Shown piece by piece: positions 10,726 to 20,295 of a stretch of DNA of 64,000 bases (position 1 is the first letter of the stretch; the number at the start of each line of letters is the position of its first letter). The position numbers were made by a program, and so were the translations under genes. Below the pieces are notes generated by a model. It saw nothing but the letters and a program-made list of their open reading frames with translations. It was not told the DNA's origin and searched no databases. This DNA comes from an uncultured SAR86 cluster bacterium (lineage in GTDB: Bacteria; Pseudomonadota; Gammaproteobacteria; Magnimaribacterales; D2472). Where the stretch lies: NCBI GenBank assembly GCA_902559345.1, contig CACEHH010000003.1, positions 1,316 through 65,315 of the forward strand. The letters run 5' to 3'.

Positions 10726-10739
10726 ACACTATATAGTGT
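10726..10739. promoter_or_regulatory. Perfect 14-bp palindrome ACACTATATAGTGT in the scpA / DAHP-synthase divergent spacer
   Basis: Read directly from the sequence, 7 nt upstream of the scpA start codon. No known operator consensus is matched. Confidence 0.2.
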
Positions 10740-10901
10740 AAGTTTTATCTATTTTAATACAATATATTGTGCATTTCCTTAAAAATGTAATATAAATTCA
10801 AGAATTATTAAATAATAATTTAAACTTTACTGTTTCTATTATCCTGCTTTCATTTAATAATATTCATCCTTTTTAAAATTTGGAATATAAAATATAAAGA
10901 T

Positions 10902-11951
10902 ATGAATTATTCAACTGACAATACTAGGATTATAGATAGAAGAAAAGTTCCTGCTCCATATGAACTAGTAAATAAATATCCAATTAATGATGGAATTGCA
11001 AAACTTGTATATGGAACAAGAAATCAAATCAGTCAAATACTTCATGGCAAAGATGACAGATTATTTGTTGTAGTTGGTCCCTGCTCGATCCATGATCCAG
11101 AAAGTGCTATTGAGTATGCAAATAAATTATTGGCTGTACACAAAGATTTTAGACAGAATTTACTAATAATAATGAGGGTTTACTTCGAGAAGCCAAGAAC
11201 AACTGTGGGTTGGAAAGGTTTAATAAATGATCCTGATATTAATGAAACTTACAATATTGCAAAAGGTGTCGAAATTGCACGGAAGCTTTTAATTGACATT
11301 GCTAATTTAGGCCTACCTGCCGGCACTGAATTCTTAGATCCAATATCTCCACAATATGTTACAGATATCATTTCATGGGGCGCGATCGGAGCAAGAACAG
11401 CTGAAAGCCAAATCCATAGAGAGCTTGCATCAGGATTATCTTGTCCAATTGGAATTAAAAACGGTACAGATGGGAGTTTAAAGGCAGCAATAGATGGAAT
11501 TCAAGCTGCTAATCACTCACATGTTTTTTTAGGTGCAACTAAGGAGGCTGACATTGCTATGCTTAAAACAGCAGGAAATAATGATACTCATATTATTCTT
11601 AGAGGCGGGAAAGTTCCCAACTATGATGAAGTATCAGTAGAAAACACACTCACAGCTCTTAAGGAAGCTGAAATTAATGAGACAATTATGATTGATGCAA
11701 GTCATGGAAATAGTCAAAAAAAGTTTAAACAACAAATACCTGTAATAGAATCTATTTGCAATCAGATAAGTGGTGGCAATGATAATATCAAGGGCGTGAT
11801 GATAGAAAGCCACTTAAAAGAAGGTAATCAAAAAATTAGTGATAATTTAAACTATGGGCAAAGCATTACCGATGCGTGCATGGGCTGGGAAGATACATTG
11901 CTTTGCCTCAAAAAACTTAATGAAGCTATAAATATTAAAAGAGGTAACTAA
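10902..11951 (+). CDS. aroG: 3-deoxy-7-phosphoheptulonate (DAHP) synthase, class I
   Basis: 349 aa. VVGPCSIHDP, KPRTTVGWKGLINDP, and IDASHGNS. The isozyme (Phe/Tyr/Trp-sensitive) cannot be assigned from sequence alone, so the symbol is nominal. Confidence 0.9.
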   Translation: MNYSTDNTRIIDRRKVPAPYELVNKYPINDGIAKLVYGTRNQISQILHGKDDRLFVVVGPCSIHDPESAIEYANKLLAVHKDFRQNLLIIMRVYFEKPRTTVGWKGLINDPDINETYNIAKGVEIARKLLIDIANLGLPAGTEFLDPISPQYVTDIISWGAIGARTAESQIHRELASGLSCPIGIKNGTDGSLKAAIDGIQAANHSHVFLGATKEADIAMLKTAGNNDTHIILRGGKVPNYDEVSVENTLTALKEAEINETIMIDASHGNSQKKFKQQIPVIESICNQISGGNDNIKGVMIESHLKEGNQKISDNLNYGQSITDACMGWEDTLLCLKKLNEAINIKRGN

Positions 11952-11956
11952 TTTAA

Positions 11957-12751
11957 TTGGAGAATAAAAAAAACCTATCTTTTTCAAAAGAAGTAGCAGA
12001 AACATTAGGAATAGAATGCGCAATAATATTAAATTTATTTAAAAATAATAAGTTAGGCAACATTTCTACATATGAAGATCTTCAAAATTCATTAAAAAAA
12101 GAATTATCTTTCATTGATGACACTCTCTTAAATGATTCTATAAATAAATTAATCTCCTTTAATTTAATTGATCTGGATAAAAGTGAAGCAATAATTCAGA
12201 ATAATTTCACGCCAAATAAGAATATAGAATCTAGGCAATTAGATAGTAATTGGGTTCCCTCTTCAGAAACTCTCGACATCATAAATATGGCTGAGATTAC
12301 AAATGACTTTCTAACTCTTAAATTAAAAGAATTTAAGATTTATTGGATAGAAAGAGGGCAGAAAAAAAATAATTGGAATATCTCATTTCTAAATTTCATT
12401 AGAAGAGAATGGGCGAAAGAAAATAATTCTAACAAAAGCCTTCCATACCCTATTGATGAGAAATGGCTTCCTAGTGAAGATGTTTTTGATATTTTAAATT
12501 TATCTAATATAACAAAAGATTCTGCGTTAAAATATTTAAGAGAATTTATTCTATATTGGAAAGATAATGGCGCTGCTTTCTCAACATGGAATTCTAAATT
12601 CATTGATCATGTAAAAAGAAGACATATGATTAATGATAATATAGGTAAAAATGAAAAAGATAAGAAACATTCTGAGCCAGGAAGATATTCAAAAGACTTC
12701 CAGACAAGAAAAAACGACGATAGTTGGGCAAAAGAAATCAACCTTGAGTAA
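11957..12751 (+). CDS. DnaT-like protein with two tandem DnaT-type (primosomal protein I C-terminal) domains
   Basis: 264 aa with a TTG start. Residues 96-152 and 167-222 repeat the pattern W-x-P-S...EF-x2-YW-x3-G-x5-WN-x2-F-x3-[IV]-[KR]R. That matches the E. coli DnaT segment WQPDADFIRL...[25 protein letters not shown] as I remember it. Confidence 0.5.
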   Translation: MENKKNLSFSKEVAETLGIECAIILNLFKNNKLGNISTYEDLQNSLKKELSFIDDTLLNDSINKLISFNLIDLDKSEAIIQNNFTPNKNIESRQLDSNWVPSSETLDIINMAEITNDFLTLKLKEFKIYWIERGQKKNNWNISFLNFIRREWAKENNSNKSLPYPIDEKWLPSEDVFDILNLSNITKDSALKYLREFILYWKDNGAAFSTWNSKFIDHVKRRHMINDNIGKNEKDKKHSEPGRYSKDFQTRKNDDSWAKEINLE

Positions 12752-13298
12752 ACAAGATTTTATTAGATCAATAGATTCATTATTTTTAAAGCTTGAACTA
12801 GCATATCACTATCAGTTTTATAAGGTATTTGGAACTGATGAAAAATTGAAAGAAGGTAAAAAACTATGGGCTGTAAGTTTAAAAAATGTTTCTTCAGAAG
12901 TGATACTTGAGGCCGTTGAGAATGTTATTTCATCTCAATCATACTTACCAACATTAACTGATCTTATTAAAGCTTGTAAAGACATTAATAAAAATGACGG
13001 TTTTTTATCACCAGAAGAAGCCTATCTAGAAGCAAGAAAATCCTACCAACCCAGAAAAGAATTTAATTGGACACATCCAATTATATATTTTGCTGGTAAG
13101 AAAACTGGATGGAATACACTAAATGAAAAGGATTCCAATCAAAACTTTGAAGCTTTTAAAAAAAATTATATCTCAATGAAAATGCAGGCACAGGCTGGTA
13201 AAAAATTTACTATAGAAAAAATTTTAGAAGATGAGGAAGAGTTAAAACCTTATGACAAAGACTTATTTAAAAAACTTAGAAAAAAATTCAAAGTTTAA
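12744..13298 (+). CDS. Phage lambda replication protein P-like (putative helicase-loader family)
   Basis: IDSLFLKLELAY...KKLWAVSLKNVSSEVILEAVENVISSQSYLPTLTDLIKACKD...FNWTHPIIYF is collinear with the lambda P core (INGVFSQLL...RRQWVLAF...FLPSPGQFVAWC...YPWKSNAHYW). The start was chosen as the in-frame TTG 12744, which overlaps the upstream stop (TTGAGTAA). The track's ATG 12651 would overlap the upstream gene by 101 nt. Confidence 0.5.
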   Translation: MSKQDFIRSIDSLFLKLELAYHYQFYKVFGTDEKLKEGKKLWAVSLKNVSSEVILEAVENVISSQSYLPTLTDLIKACKDINKNDGFLSPEEAYLEARKSYQPRKEFNWTHPIIYFAGKKTGWNTLNEKDSNQNFEAFKKNYISMKMQAQAGKKFTIEKILEDEEELKPYDKDLFKKLRKKFKV

Positions 13299-13320
13299 AA
13301 AATAAATTTAAAAAAATACT

Positions 13321-14199
13321 ATGAAAATAACTAAAAATATTAGGCTGTCTCTATACATTCTTATTCCAATAACCTTTTGGATGATTTCTGGATTCTTTAA
13401 AAATGAAAGAATTGACGAGCCTGATAGTCAAAATGAGTTATTCAGCGTAAAAACAATAATAAGTGAATCTATTGAATATCAGCCATTAATAAAGCTTAAG
13501 GCTACCACTAAATCTGAGGCGCGTATTGATGTTAAGGCTAAAACTTCAGGAGAAGTTGTAAGCATTGGAGCTGTTCAAGGAAAGTTTGTAAATAAAGATT
13601 CTATTTTATGCAGTCTGGGTATCGTTGAGCTTAATAGAACAGAAGTTAAAGCGCCGTTCTCTGGGTATATTGAAAAAATAGTAAAGCCAGGCAATTTTCT
13701 TGAAAGAGGTCAAGTTTGTGCAACACTTATCCAATTAAGCCCAATTGTTTTCTTAGCAGGAGTTCCTGAGTATGAAATTAATAAAGTTAAAAATGGGCAA
13801 GATGTGATACTTGAGCTGGTAACTGGAGAAATAATTAAAGGTGAATTAACTTTTGTGTCAAAAAGCGCTTCATCTGAAACTAGAACATTTAATGTTGAAT
13901 CTCAAATTAATAATGCTGATGGTTCTATCAAAGATGGTTTAACAGCAAGTATGACTATTAAGATTGATAAGGTAAAAGCGCACAAGATTTCGCCGTCTAT
14001 ATTATTGCTAAATGATGATGGTAGGCTCGGTATAAGAATTGTAGACAGCAACAGCAATGTTGAGTTTGCTGAAATAACTATATTAGAAGACTCTATAGAA
14101 GGGCTATGGGTTACCAATATCCCAGATCGAGTAGAAATCATAATTCAAGGCCAGGGATTAGTAGAAGATGGTCAAAAAGTTTTAACAAATCTTAAATGA
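13321..14199 (+). CDS. RND efflux periplasmic adaptor (membrane fusion protein)
   Basis: 292 aa. N-terminal TM anchor and lipoyl/beta-barrel-type segments (VKAKTSGEVVSI, VKAPFSGYIEKI). The stop overlaps the RND pump start. Confidence 0.8.
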   Translation: MKITKNIRLSLYILIPITFWMISGFFKNERIDEPDSQNELFSVKTIISESIEYQPLIKLKATTKSEARIDVKAKTSGEVVSIGAVQGKFVNKDSILCSLGIVELNRTEVKAPFSGYIEKIVKPGNFLERGQVCATLIQLSPIVFLAGVPEYEINKVKNGQDVILELVTGEIIKGELTFVSKSASSETRTFNVESQINNADGSIKDGLTASMTIKIDKVKAHKISPSILLLNDDGRLGIRIVDSNSNVEFAEITILEDSIEGLWVTNIPDRVEIIIQGQGLVEDGQKVLTNLK

Positions 14200-17100
14200 C
14201 AAAAATAATTGATTTTGCCATAAAAAAAGCAAAGACTACTTTGTTAATTGCTTTCATGATAGTTATTGCCGGTTCTTATGCTAGACAAGAAATTCCAGTT
14301 GCAGCATCTCCAAATGTTCAATTACCATTTATTACTGTTTCAGTTTTTCTAGATGGCGCTTCTCCAGGTGATACATCAAGACTAATTGCGAGGCCTCTTG
14401 AAAATAGATTAAAAACTGTTACTGGTGTAAAAAATATAAGATCAACAAGTTATTTAAGTTATGCAAGAATATTTCTAGAATTTGAGGTTGGTTTTGATAT
14501 AGATAAAGCTCTTGTGGATGTTAAACAAGGAGTAGAAGAAATAAAATATCAGCTACCTTTAGAGGCTGAAGACCCTCAAATTGAAGAATATACAGAGGCG
14601 AGTTTCCCTGTTATGAATATAAGTATTGTTGGAGGGAAATCAATTAGACAAAAAGTTTTTTATGCCCGCGATCTTAAGGACAGAATTGAGCCAATTGAAC
14701 AAATTCTTGAAGTAAATGTGACTGGAGCACCTGAAGAGGTTCTTGAAGGTGTTATAGATAAATCCAAAATGGAGTCCTATGGGGTTACCCTGTCTGATAT
14801 TTATAACTCTGTTTCAAACAATAACGTAATCATCCCCGGAGGTAAACAGGACACAGGACAAGGGAGTTTCAATATAGAAGTTCCTAGCATTATAGAGTCA
14901 GCTAAAGATATTTATGCTATTCCGGTAAAAGTTACAAAAGATGCAATTGTTACTCTTGGAGAGATTGCGACAGTAAAAAGAACTTTTAAAGACTTTACTT
15001 CATATGCAAGAGTTAATGGTCAAGATGCAGTTACCTTAGAAATATCATTAAGAGAAAGTGCTAATGCAATCGATGCATCTAATGCTATCAGGGAAGTCTT
15101 AGCAGACTTTCAAACAACTCTACCAAGTAATTTAGAAATTGTAATTTCAAATGACGATACAATTTATGCTAGCTTGATGGTAAAAGAGCTAAATGGAAAC
15201 ATTATTGCAGCTGTAGTGCTAATTATGGTCTTAGTGATTGCAAGCATGGGTGCTAGAGTTTCAATGCTAGTTGGTCTATCAATACCTTTTTGTTTCTTAA
15301 TGACATACTTAATTCTCTATAGTTTAGATATGGAGGTAAATTTCCTAGTAATGATGGGTCTTTTGCTTGGTATGGGGATGTTAATAGATGGTTCGATAGT
15401 CATAACTGAATTTGCTGACAAAAAGATTTCTGAAGGCTTATCGAGGTCTGAAGGTTATACTCTTGCCTCAAAGAGAATGTTCTATCCAATTCTTGCCTCT
15501 ACCGGTACAACAATGGCAGCATTTATACCGGTAATGTTTTGGCCAGGCTTTACTGGGCAATTTATGAGGTACCTACCAATAACAATTTTCTTTGTATTAT
15601 CTGCCTCATTATTTTATTCATTAATTGTTATTCCAGTTTTGGGGTCTTATTTTGGTCAAAAAAAATCAGCTCTTAATTCAGATGAAGATCATATTTCAAT
15701 ATTTACTAGGCTTACAGAATGGTATGGAAAATATATTAAACGCTTTGTTGAGAATCCAATTGAAACAGTAGTTGCGGTTGTTGCAGTTCTATTAGTTATT
15801 ATCATGAGCTATGTATATTCTGGTAAAGGAACAGTCTATTTTGCAATTGTTGATCCAGTTCAAGCAAATATAACAGTTAAAGCTAGAGGTAATTTTTCTG
15901 CACTTGAGACAAAGGAAATCATTGAAGAGGTTGAAGAACGATTTCTAAAAGTAGAGGGAATTAAAAATGTATACCTGCGATCAGGAACAAATTGGTGGCA
16001 ATCAGGAGCTGATAGGATTGGTGGTGGTTTTATTGAAACATTAGAGCCATCTCAAAGAAATATATCTGGACTAGAGATTATGGATAAACTTAAAGCTTCA
16101 ACAAGAGATCTTCCTGGAATAACAGTTGAAGTTGAAGCAGATTTAGGCGGCCCATCATTTGATTCTCCAATTGAACTAGATGTATATGGTGATACTGAAG
16201 AATCTGTAAATAATGCTGTAACTCTTATTGAAAATCATATGAGAAATGAAATGACTGGTCTCAATAACATCTTCTCTTCGAAAGCATATCCTTCTGTAGA
16301 ATGGAGCGTTGAAGTTGATAAACAAAAGGCAGCTCAATTAGGGGTAAGTGTTAGCGATGTTGGAGCATTGGTTCAAATGCTTACTAACGGTTTTAAAGTT
16401 GGAGAATATCGACCTGATGACGCTAAAGATGAAGTTGAAATTAGAGCTAGATTTCCTGATTCAGATAGAACAATAACTGGGATAAGAGATCTAAATGTGG
16501 TTACAAAGAAAGGAACAGTGCCAGTGAGCTCATTTGTAAAAGTAGTGCCAAAAGAAAATCGTCAAACTGTAAATAGAAAAAATGGTAAATATTTTCAAGA
16601 GGTTGGAGCAGGCACACAAGATGAATCTGAGGTTTCATTAAAAGTAAGTGAATTAAATAAATGGTTAAAATCAGCAGATTTAGGCTTAGGAATTTCTTTC
16701 AGTTTTGGAGGTATGGCTGAAGAAACTGAAGAAGTTAATAATTTTATGATTGTAGCTGGAATTACAGCCGTATTTATGATGCTATTAATGCTTATCACAC
16801 AATTTAATAGCTTCTATCAATCATTTATTATTCTTTCTTCAGTAACAATATCTTTTGTTGGCGTCCTTCTTGGTTTATTAATTACAGGCAAATCTTTTAG
16901 TACAACAATGACTGGCTTATCAATAGTCACATTGGCAGGAATTGTTGTTAATAATAATATTGTGCTTATTGATACCTTTAACAAGCTTAAAGAAGAATCT
17001 CCACATCTTGAGAAGTCTATTCATATTATTAATGCTTGCAAACAAAGATTAAGACCAATAGTTTTAACTTCATTAACAACAATATTTGGATTAATGCCAT

Positions 17101-17318
17101 TAGCTATGGGGATTAGCCTTGATATCATTTCAAGAGACATACTTGTTGGTAGCAGAATAGTCGATTGGTGGTCTAACTTAGCTGTTTCTATTGTTTTTGG
17201 GCTTGGTTTTAGTACATTTATTACCCTAATACTTACTCCTGCAGTTTTATCATTACCATATGCATTAAGAAATGACTTTAAAAAATACTTCCAAACTTCA
17301 TCTAATAACTTACAATAA
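14196..17318 (+). CDS. RND family efflux transporter, inner-membrane permease (AcrB/AcrD/AcrF family)
   Basis: 1040 aa with the two-fold repeated architecture of 12 TM helices plus two large periplasmic loops. No outer-membrane factor gene is adjacent. Confidence 0.92.
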   Translation: MTKIIDFAIKKAKTTLLIAFMIVIAGSYARQEIPVAASPNVQLPFITVSVFLDGASPGDTSRLIARPLENRLKTVTGVKNIRSTSYLSYARIFLEFEVGFDIDKALVDVKQGVEEIKYQLPLEAEDPQIEEYTEASFPVMNISIVGGKSIRQKVFYARDLKDRIEPIEQILEVNVTGAPEEVLEGVIDKSKMESYGVTLSDIYNSVSNNNVIIPGGKQDTGQGSFNIEVPSIIESAKDIYAIPVKVTKDAIVTLGEIATVKRTFKDFTSYARVNGQDAVTLEISLRESANAIDASNAIREVLADFQTTLPSNLEIVISNDDTIYASLMVKELNGNIIAAVVLIMVLVIASMGARVSMLVGLSIPFCFLMTYLILYSLDMEVNFLVMMGLLLGMGMLIDGSIVITEFADKKISEGLSRSEGYTLASKRMFYPILASTGTTMAAFIPVMFWPGFTGQFMRYLPITIFFVLSASLFYSLIVIPVLGSYFGQKKSALNSDEDHISIFTRLTEWYGKYIKRFVENPIETVVAVVAVLLVIIMSYVYSGKGTVYFAIVDPVQANITVKARGNFSALETKEIIEEVEERFLKVEGIKNVYLRSGTNWWQSGADRIGGGFIETLEPSQRNISGLEIMDKLKASTRDLPGITVEVEADLGGPSFDSPIELDVYGDTEESVNNAVTLIENHMRNEMTGLNNIFSSKAYPSVEWSVEVDKQKAAQLGVSVSDVGALVQMLTNGFKVGEYRPDDAKDEVEIRARFPDSDRTITGIRDLNVVTKKGTVPVSSFVKVVPKENRQTVNRKNGKYFQEVGAGTQDESEVSLKVSELNKWLKSADLGLGISFSFGGMAEETEEVNNFMIVAGITAVFMMLLMLITQFNSFYQSFIILSSVTISFVGVLLGLLITGKSFSTTMTGLSIVTLAGIVVNNNIVLIDTFNKLKEESPHLEKSIHIINACKQRLRPIVLTSLTTIFGLMPLAMGISLDIISRDILVGSRIVDWWSNLAVSIVFGLGFSTFITLILTPAVLSLPYALRNDFKKYFQTSSNNLQ

Positions 17319-17321
17319 ATT

Positions 17322-17546
17322 ATGACAAACTCAGGAAAAAAAATAGATTTTGAATCATCTCTAAAGGATTTGGAATTAATAGTCGAAAAATTAGAAGATG
17401 ATAATATTAATCTTGAAGATTCTGTTAAATCTTTTGAAGAAGGAATCAGCTTGGTAAAAGAATGTCAAAAACAGCTTGAAGAAGCAGAACTAAAAATTAA
17501 AAAACTACTAGATGATGGTACTTCGTCTGAAATAGAAAAATCATAA
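17322..17546 (+). CDS. xseB: Exodeoxyribonuclease VII small subunit
   Basis: 74 aa. FESSLKDLELIVEKLEDDNINLEDSVKSFEEGISL. Conserved xseB-ispA-dxs order. Confidence 0.85.
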   Translation: MTNSGKKIDFESSLKDLELIVEKLEDDNINLEDSVKSFEEGISLVKECQKQLEEAELKIKKLLDDGTSSEIEKS

Positions 17547-17552
17547 ATAATA

Positions 17553-18422
17553 ATGCTAGAAGAATTTTTGTCTCATATTAGAGAAATAGTATCTTTAAAT
17601 ATGAAAAAGTGTATTAACGATAGTAATCCTATTGAATATGCTATGGCTTATTCTGCTTTGAGTGAAAGCAAAATGATAAGAGCAGGATTAATTATGGCCT
17701 CGGGTAAAATTAATAACCATATATCTAAAAAAAGTTTATTGACTCTCGCTTCGTCAATAGAATTAATGCACACATACTCTCTAATTCATGATGATCTACC
17801 AAGTATGGATGATGATAAATATAGAAGAGGTAAAAAATCATGTCATATTGAATTTGGCGAAGCTAATGCTATTCTAGCTGGCGATGCACTTCAAACTTTA
17901 GCATATGAGATTATTTGTGATGATAAAGATTTGTCATCAGATGAAAAAGTAATATGTATTAAATTAATCACTAATGCATGTGGAAAAAACGGAATGGTGT
18001 ATGGTCAATTTCTTGATATAGAAAGTGAGTCTAAAAAAATAGACGAGGATTCAATTGAAAATATTCATTCTCTAAAAACTGGTAAGCTTATTGAATGTGC
18101 AGTCATGTTGGGGCAAATTGGTAATTTAAATAAAAATGAGACAAACGCTCTTAAAAAATTTAGTAAAAAAATTGGATTAGCATTTCAAATTACAGATGAT
18201 ATTCTTGAGATTACATCAGATATAAAGACTCTAGGAAAATCTACAGACTCTGATATAAAAAATAAAAAATCGACCTATGCGACAGTTGTTGGCATTGAAG
18301 CTGCCATTAAAAAATCAAAGAATCTTTCTAAATCTGCCATATCTGATTTAGAAATTCTTGAATTAAAAAATATTAATTTGCTGATAGAATTAGCAAAATA
18401 TATATCATATAGAGAGAAGTAA
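17553..18422 (+). CDS. ispA: Farnesyl diphosphate synthase
   Basis: 289 aa. First and second Asp-rich motifs LIHDDLPSMDDD and FQITDDILE. Confidence 0.92.
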   Translation: MLEEFLSHIREIVSLNMKKCINDSNPIEYAMAYSALSESKMIRAGLIMASGKINNHISKKSLLTLASSIELMHTYSLIHDDLPSMDDDKYRRGKKSCHIEFGEANAILAGDALQTLAYEIICDDKDLSSDEKVICIKLITNACGKNGMVYGQFLDIESESKKIDEDSIENIHSLKTGKLIECAVMLGQIGNLNKNETNALKKFSKKIGLAFQITDDILEITSDIKTLGKSTDSDIKNKKSTYATVVGIEAAIKKSKNLSKSAISDLEILELKNINLLIELAKYISYREK

Positions 18423-18423
18423 A

Positions 18424-20295
18424 TTGAGAATTTTTAAAGAAATTCCTAGCAATAAGCCATTAACTCCCCTGCTAGACTCTGTAGATATACCCTCTGATAT
18501 AAGGTCCTTTTCAATTCATGAACTTGAAACTCTCTCGAATGAGTTAAGAGAATTTTTACTATATTCTGTTGGTCAAAGCGGGGGCCACTTAGGAGGAGGA
18601 CTTGGTGTTATTGAACTAACAGTAATATTACATCATCTATTTAATACCCCTTATGATAATTTAATTTGGGATGTAGGTCATCAAGCATATCCTCACAAAA
18701 TTCTTACAGGAAGAAAAAATAAAATACAAACTATAAGAAAAAAATCCGGATTAGCCCCTTTTCCGTTGAGAAAAGAAAGTGAATATGATGCATTTGGAGT
18801 TGGTCATTCTAGTACATCGATAAGTGCCCTTCTTGGTATGGCTATAGCCTCCAAAGATAGTTCTCCAGATAAGAAACATGTGGCAATAATTGGTGATGGA
18901 GCTATGACAGCTGGAATGGCATTTGAAGCTTTAAGTCATACCGGTCATTTAAAACCAAACTTACTAATTATCTTAAATGATAATGATATGTCTATTTCTG
19001 AGAATGTTGGAGGTTTATCTAATTATTTTTCTAGAATATGGGCATCTAAAATATATAAAGGTATTAAAAAAAGTGGTTCTAGTTTTTTAAAGCCGCTACC
19101 CCAAGCCTACCACCTCGCAAGAAAAGTTGAGACTCAGATGAAGGCCATGGTTGCTCCAGGAACAATTTTTGAAGAACTTGGATTGAATTATATTGGTCCT
19201 ATAGATGGCCATAATCTCAAGCAACTAAAAGATGTCATTTCAAACCTAAAAGAATTTGATGGCCCGCAATTTCTTCACATAATCACAAAAAAAGGTGCCG
19301 GCCTAGATCCTGCTGAAGCAGATAGAATAGGCTTTCATGCAATAGGTAAAATAAGATCAATAAACAAAGATAAAAAATCTAAACAAAAAAAGTATCAAGA
19401 TGTATTCAGTGATTGGATCGTTGATATGGCTGAAACTGATAAAAATCTAATTGGCATTACCCCGGCTATGAGAGAAGGGTCAGGATTAGTTGATTTTAGT
19501 CAGAAGTATCCAGAAAGATATTTTGATGTTGCAATAGCTGAACAACATTCTGTGACTTTTGCAGCTGGTCTTGCAACTGAAAATAAGAAACCGGTCGTGG
19601 CGATATATTCAACCTTTCTTCAAAGAGCATATGATCAATTAATTCATGATGTTGCAGTTCAAAATCTAGATGTTACATTTGCTCTAGACAGAGCAGGTCT
19701 TGTTGGAGAAGACGGCCCTACTCATTCAGGAAATTATGATATTTCATATCTTAGATGTATACCAAATATGATGATATGCACACCTTCTAATGAGAATGAA
19801 GCAAGGCATTTATTAACGACAGCTTATCTACATGAAGGACCTGCTTCTGTTAGATATCCTAGGGGTGTTGGTTCCAATGAGCCGATAAAAAATCAATTAA
19901 TCCCATTTGATGTTGGTAAAGCTAAATTAATAAATAAAGGTAATAGTAAAATAGTTATTTTAAATTTTGGAGCTTTATTAGAAGAGGCAAAAATTGTTGC
20001 AAGTGAGTTGAAACTTATTTTAATTGATATGAGGTTTGTAAAACCGCTAGATGAAGAAATGCTGAAAAAGCATTTATCCAAAGCAGAATACTTTGTATCT
20101 ATTGAAGATGGGTCTGTGATGGGTGGGGCTGGAAGTGCTGTTCAAGAATTCTGCTCTAAAGAAAGTATTTTAATTAAATCAATATTATTTGGTATACCTG
20201 ATAAATTTATTGAGCATGCTTCAAGACAAGAAATGCTAAATGATGCTGGCCTAAGCTCAGAAAAAATAAAATCTAGATTAAAAAAATTACTATGA
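18424..20295 (+). CDS. dxs: 1-deoxy-D-xylulose-5-phosphate synthase
   Basis: 623 aa with a TTG start. GGHLGGGLGVIELT, DVGHQAYPHKILTGR, the TPP motif IGDGAMTAGMAFEALSH, and the transketolase C-terminal domain. Confidence 0.97.
   Translation: MRIFKEIPSNKPLTPLLDSVDIPSDIRSFSIHELETLSNELREFLLYSVGQSGGHLGGGLGVIELTVILHHLFNTPYDNLIWDVGHQAYPHKILTGRKNKIQTIRKKSGLAPFPLRKESEYDAFGVGHSSTSISALLGMAIASKDSSPDKKHVAIIGDGAMTAGMAFEALSHTGHLKPNLLIILNDNDMSISENVGGLSNYFSRIWASKIYKGIKKSGSSFLKPLPQAYHLARKVETQMKAMVAPGTIFEELGLNYIGPIDGHNLKQLKDVISNLKEFDGPQFLHIITKKGAGLDPAEADRIGFHAIGKIRSINKDKKSKQKKYQDVFSDWIVDMAETDKNLIGITPAMREGSGLVDFSQKYPERYFDVAIAEQHSVTFAAGLATENKKPVVAIYSTFLQRAYDQLIHDVAVQNLDVTFALDRAGLVGEDGPTHSGNYDISYLRCIPNMMICTPSNENEARHLLTTAYLHEGPASVRYPRGVGSNEPIKNQLIPFDVGKAKLINKGNSKIVILNFGALLEEAKIVASELKLILIDMRFVKPLDEEMLKKHLSKAEYFVSIEDGSVMGGAGSAVQEFCSKESILIKSILFGIPDKFIEHASRQEMLNDAGLSSEKIKSRLKKLL

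Noticed and set aside
12651-12743. ATG at 12651 as the start of the lambda-P-like ORF.
   Set aside because: It would require a 101-nt same-strand overlap with the DnaT-like gene. The in-frame TTG at 12744 overlaps the upstream stop (TTGAGTAA), and homology to protein P begins downstream of it. The ATG start cannot be fully excluded.
11957-13298. Interpretation of the DnaT-like/P-like pair as part of a prophage or genomic island.
   Set aside because: There is no integrase, repressor, structural, lysis or tRNA/att feature within several kb on either side, and the composition is indistinguishable by eye from the flanks. I report it instead as a domesticated orphan pair.
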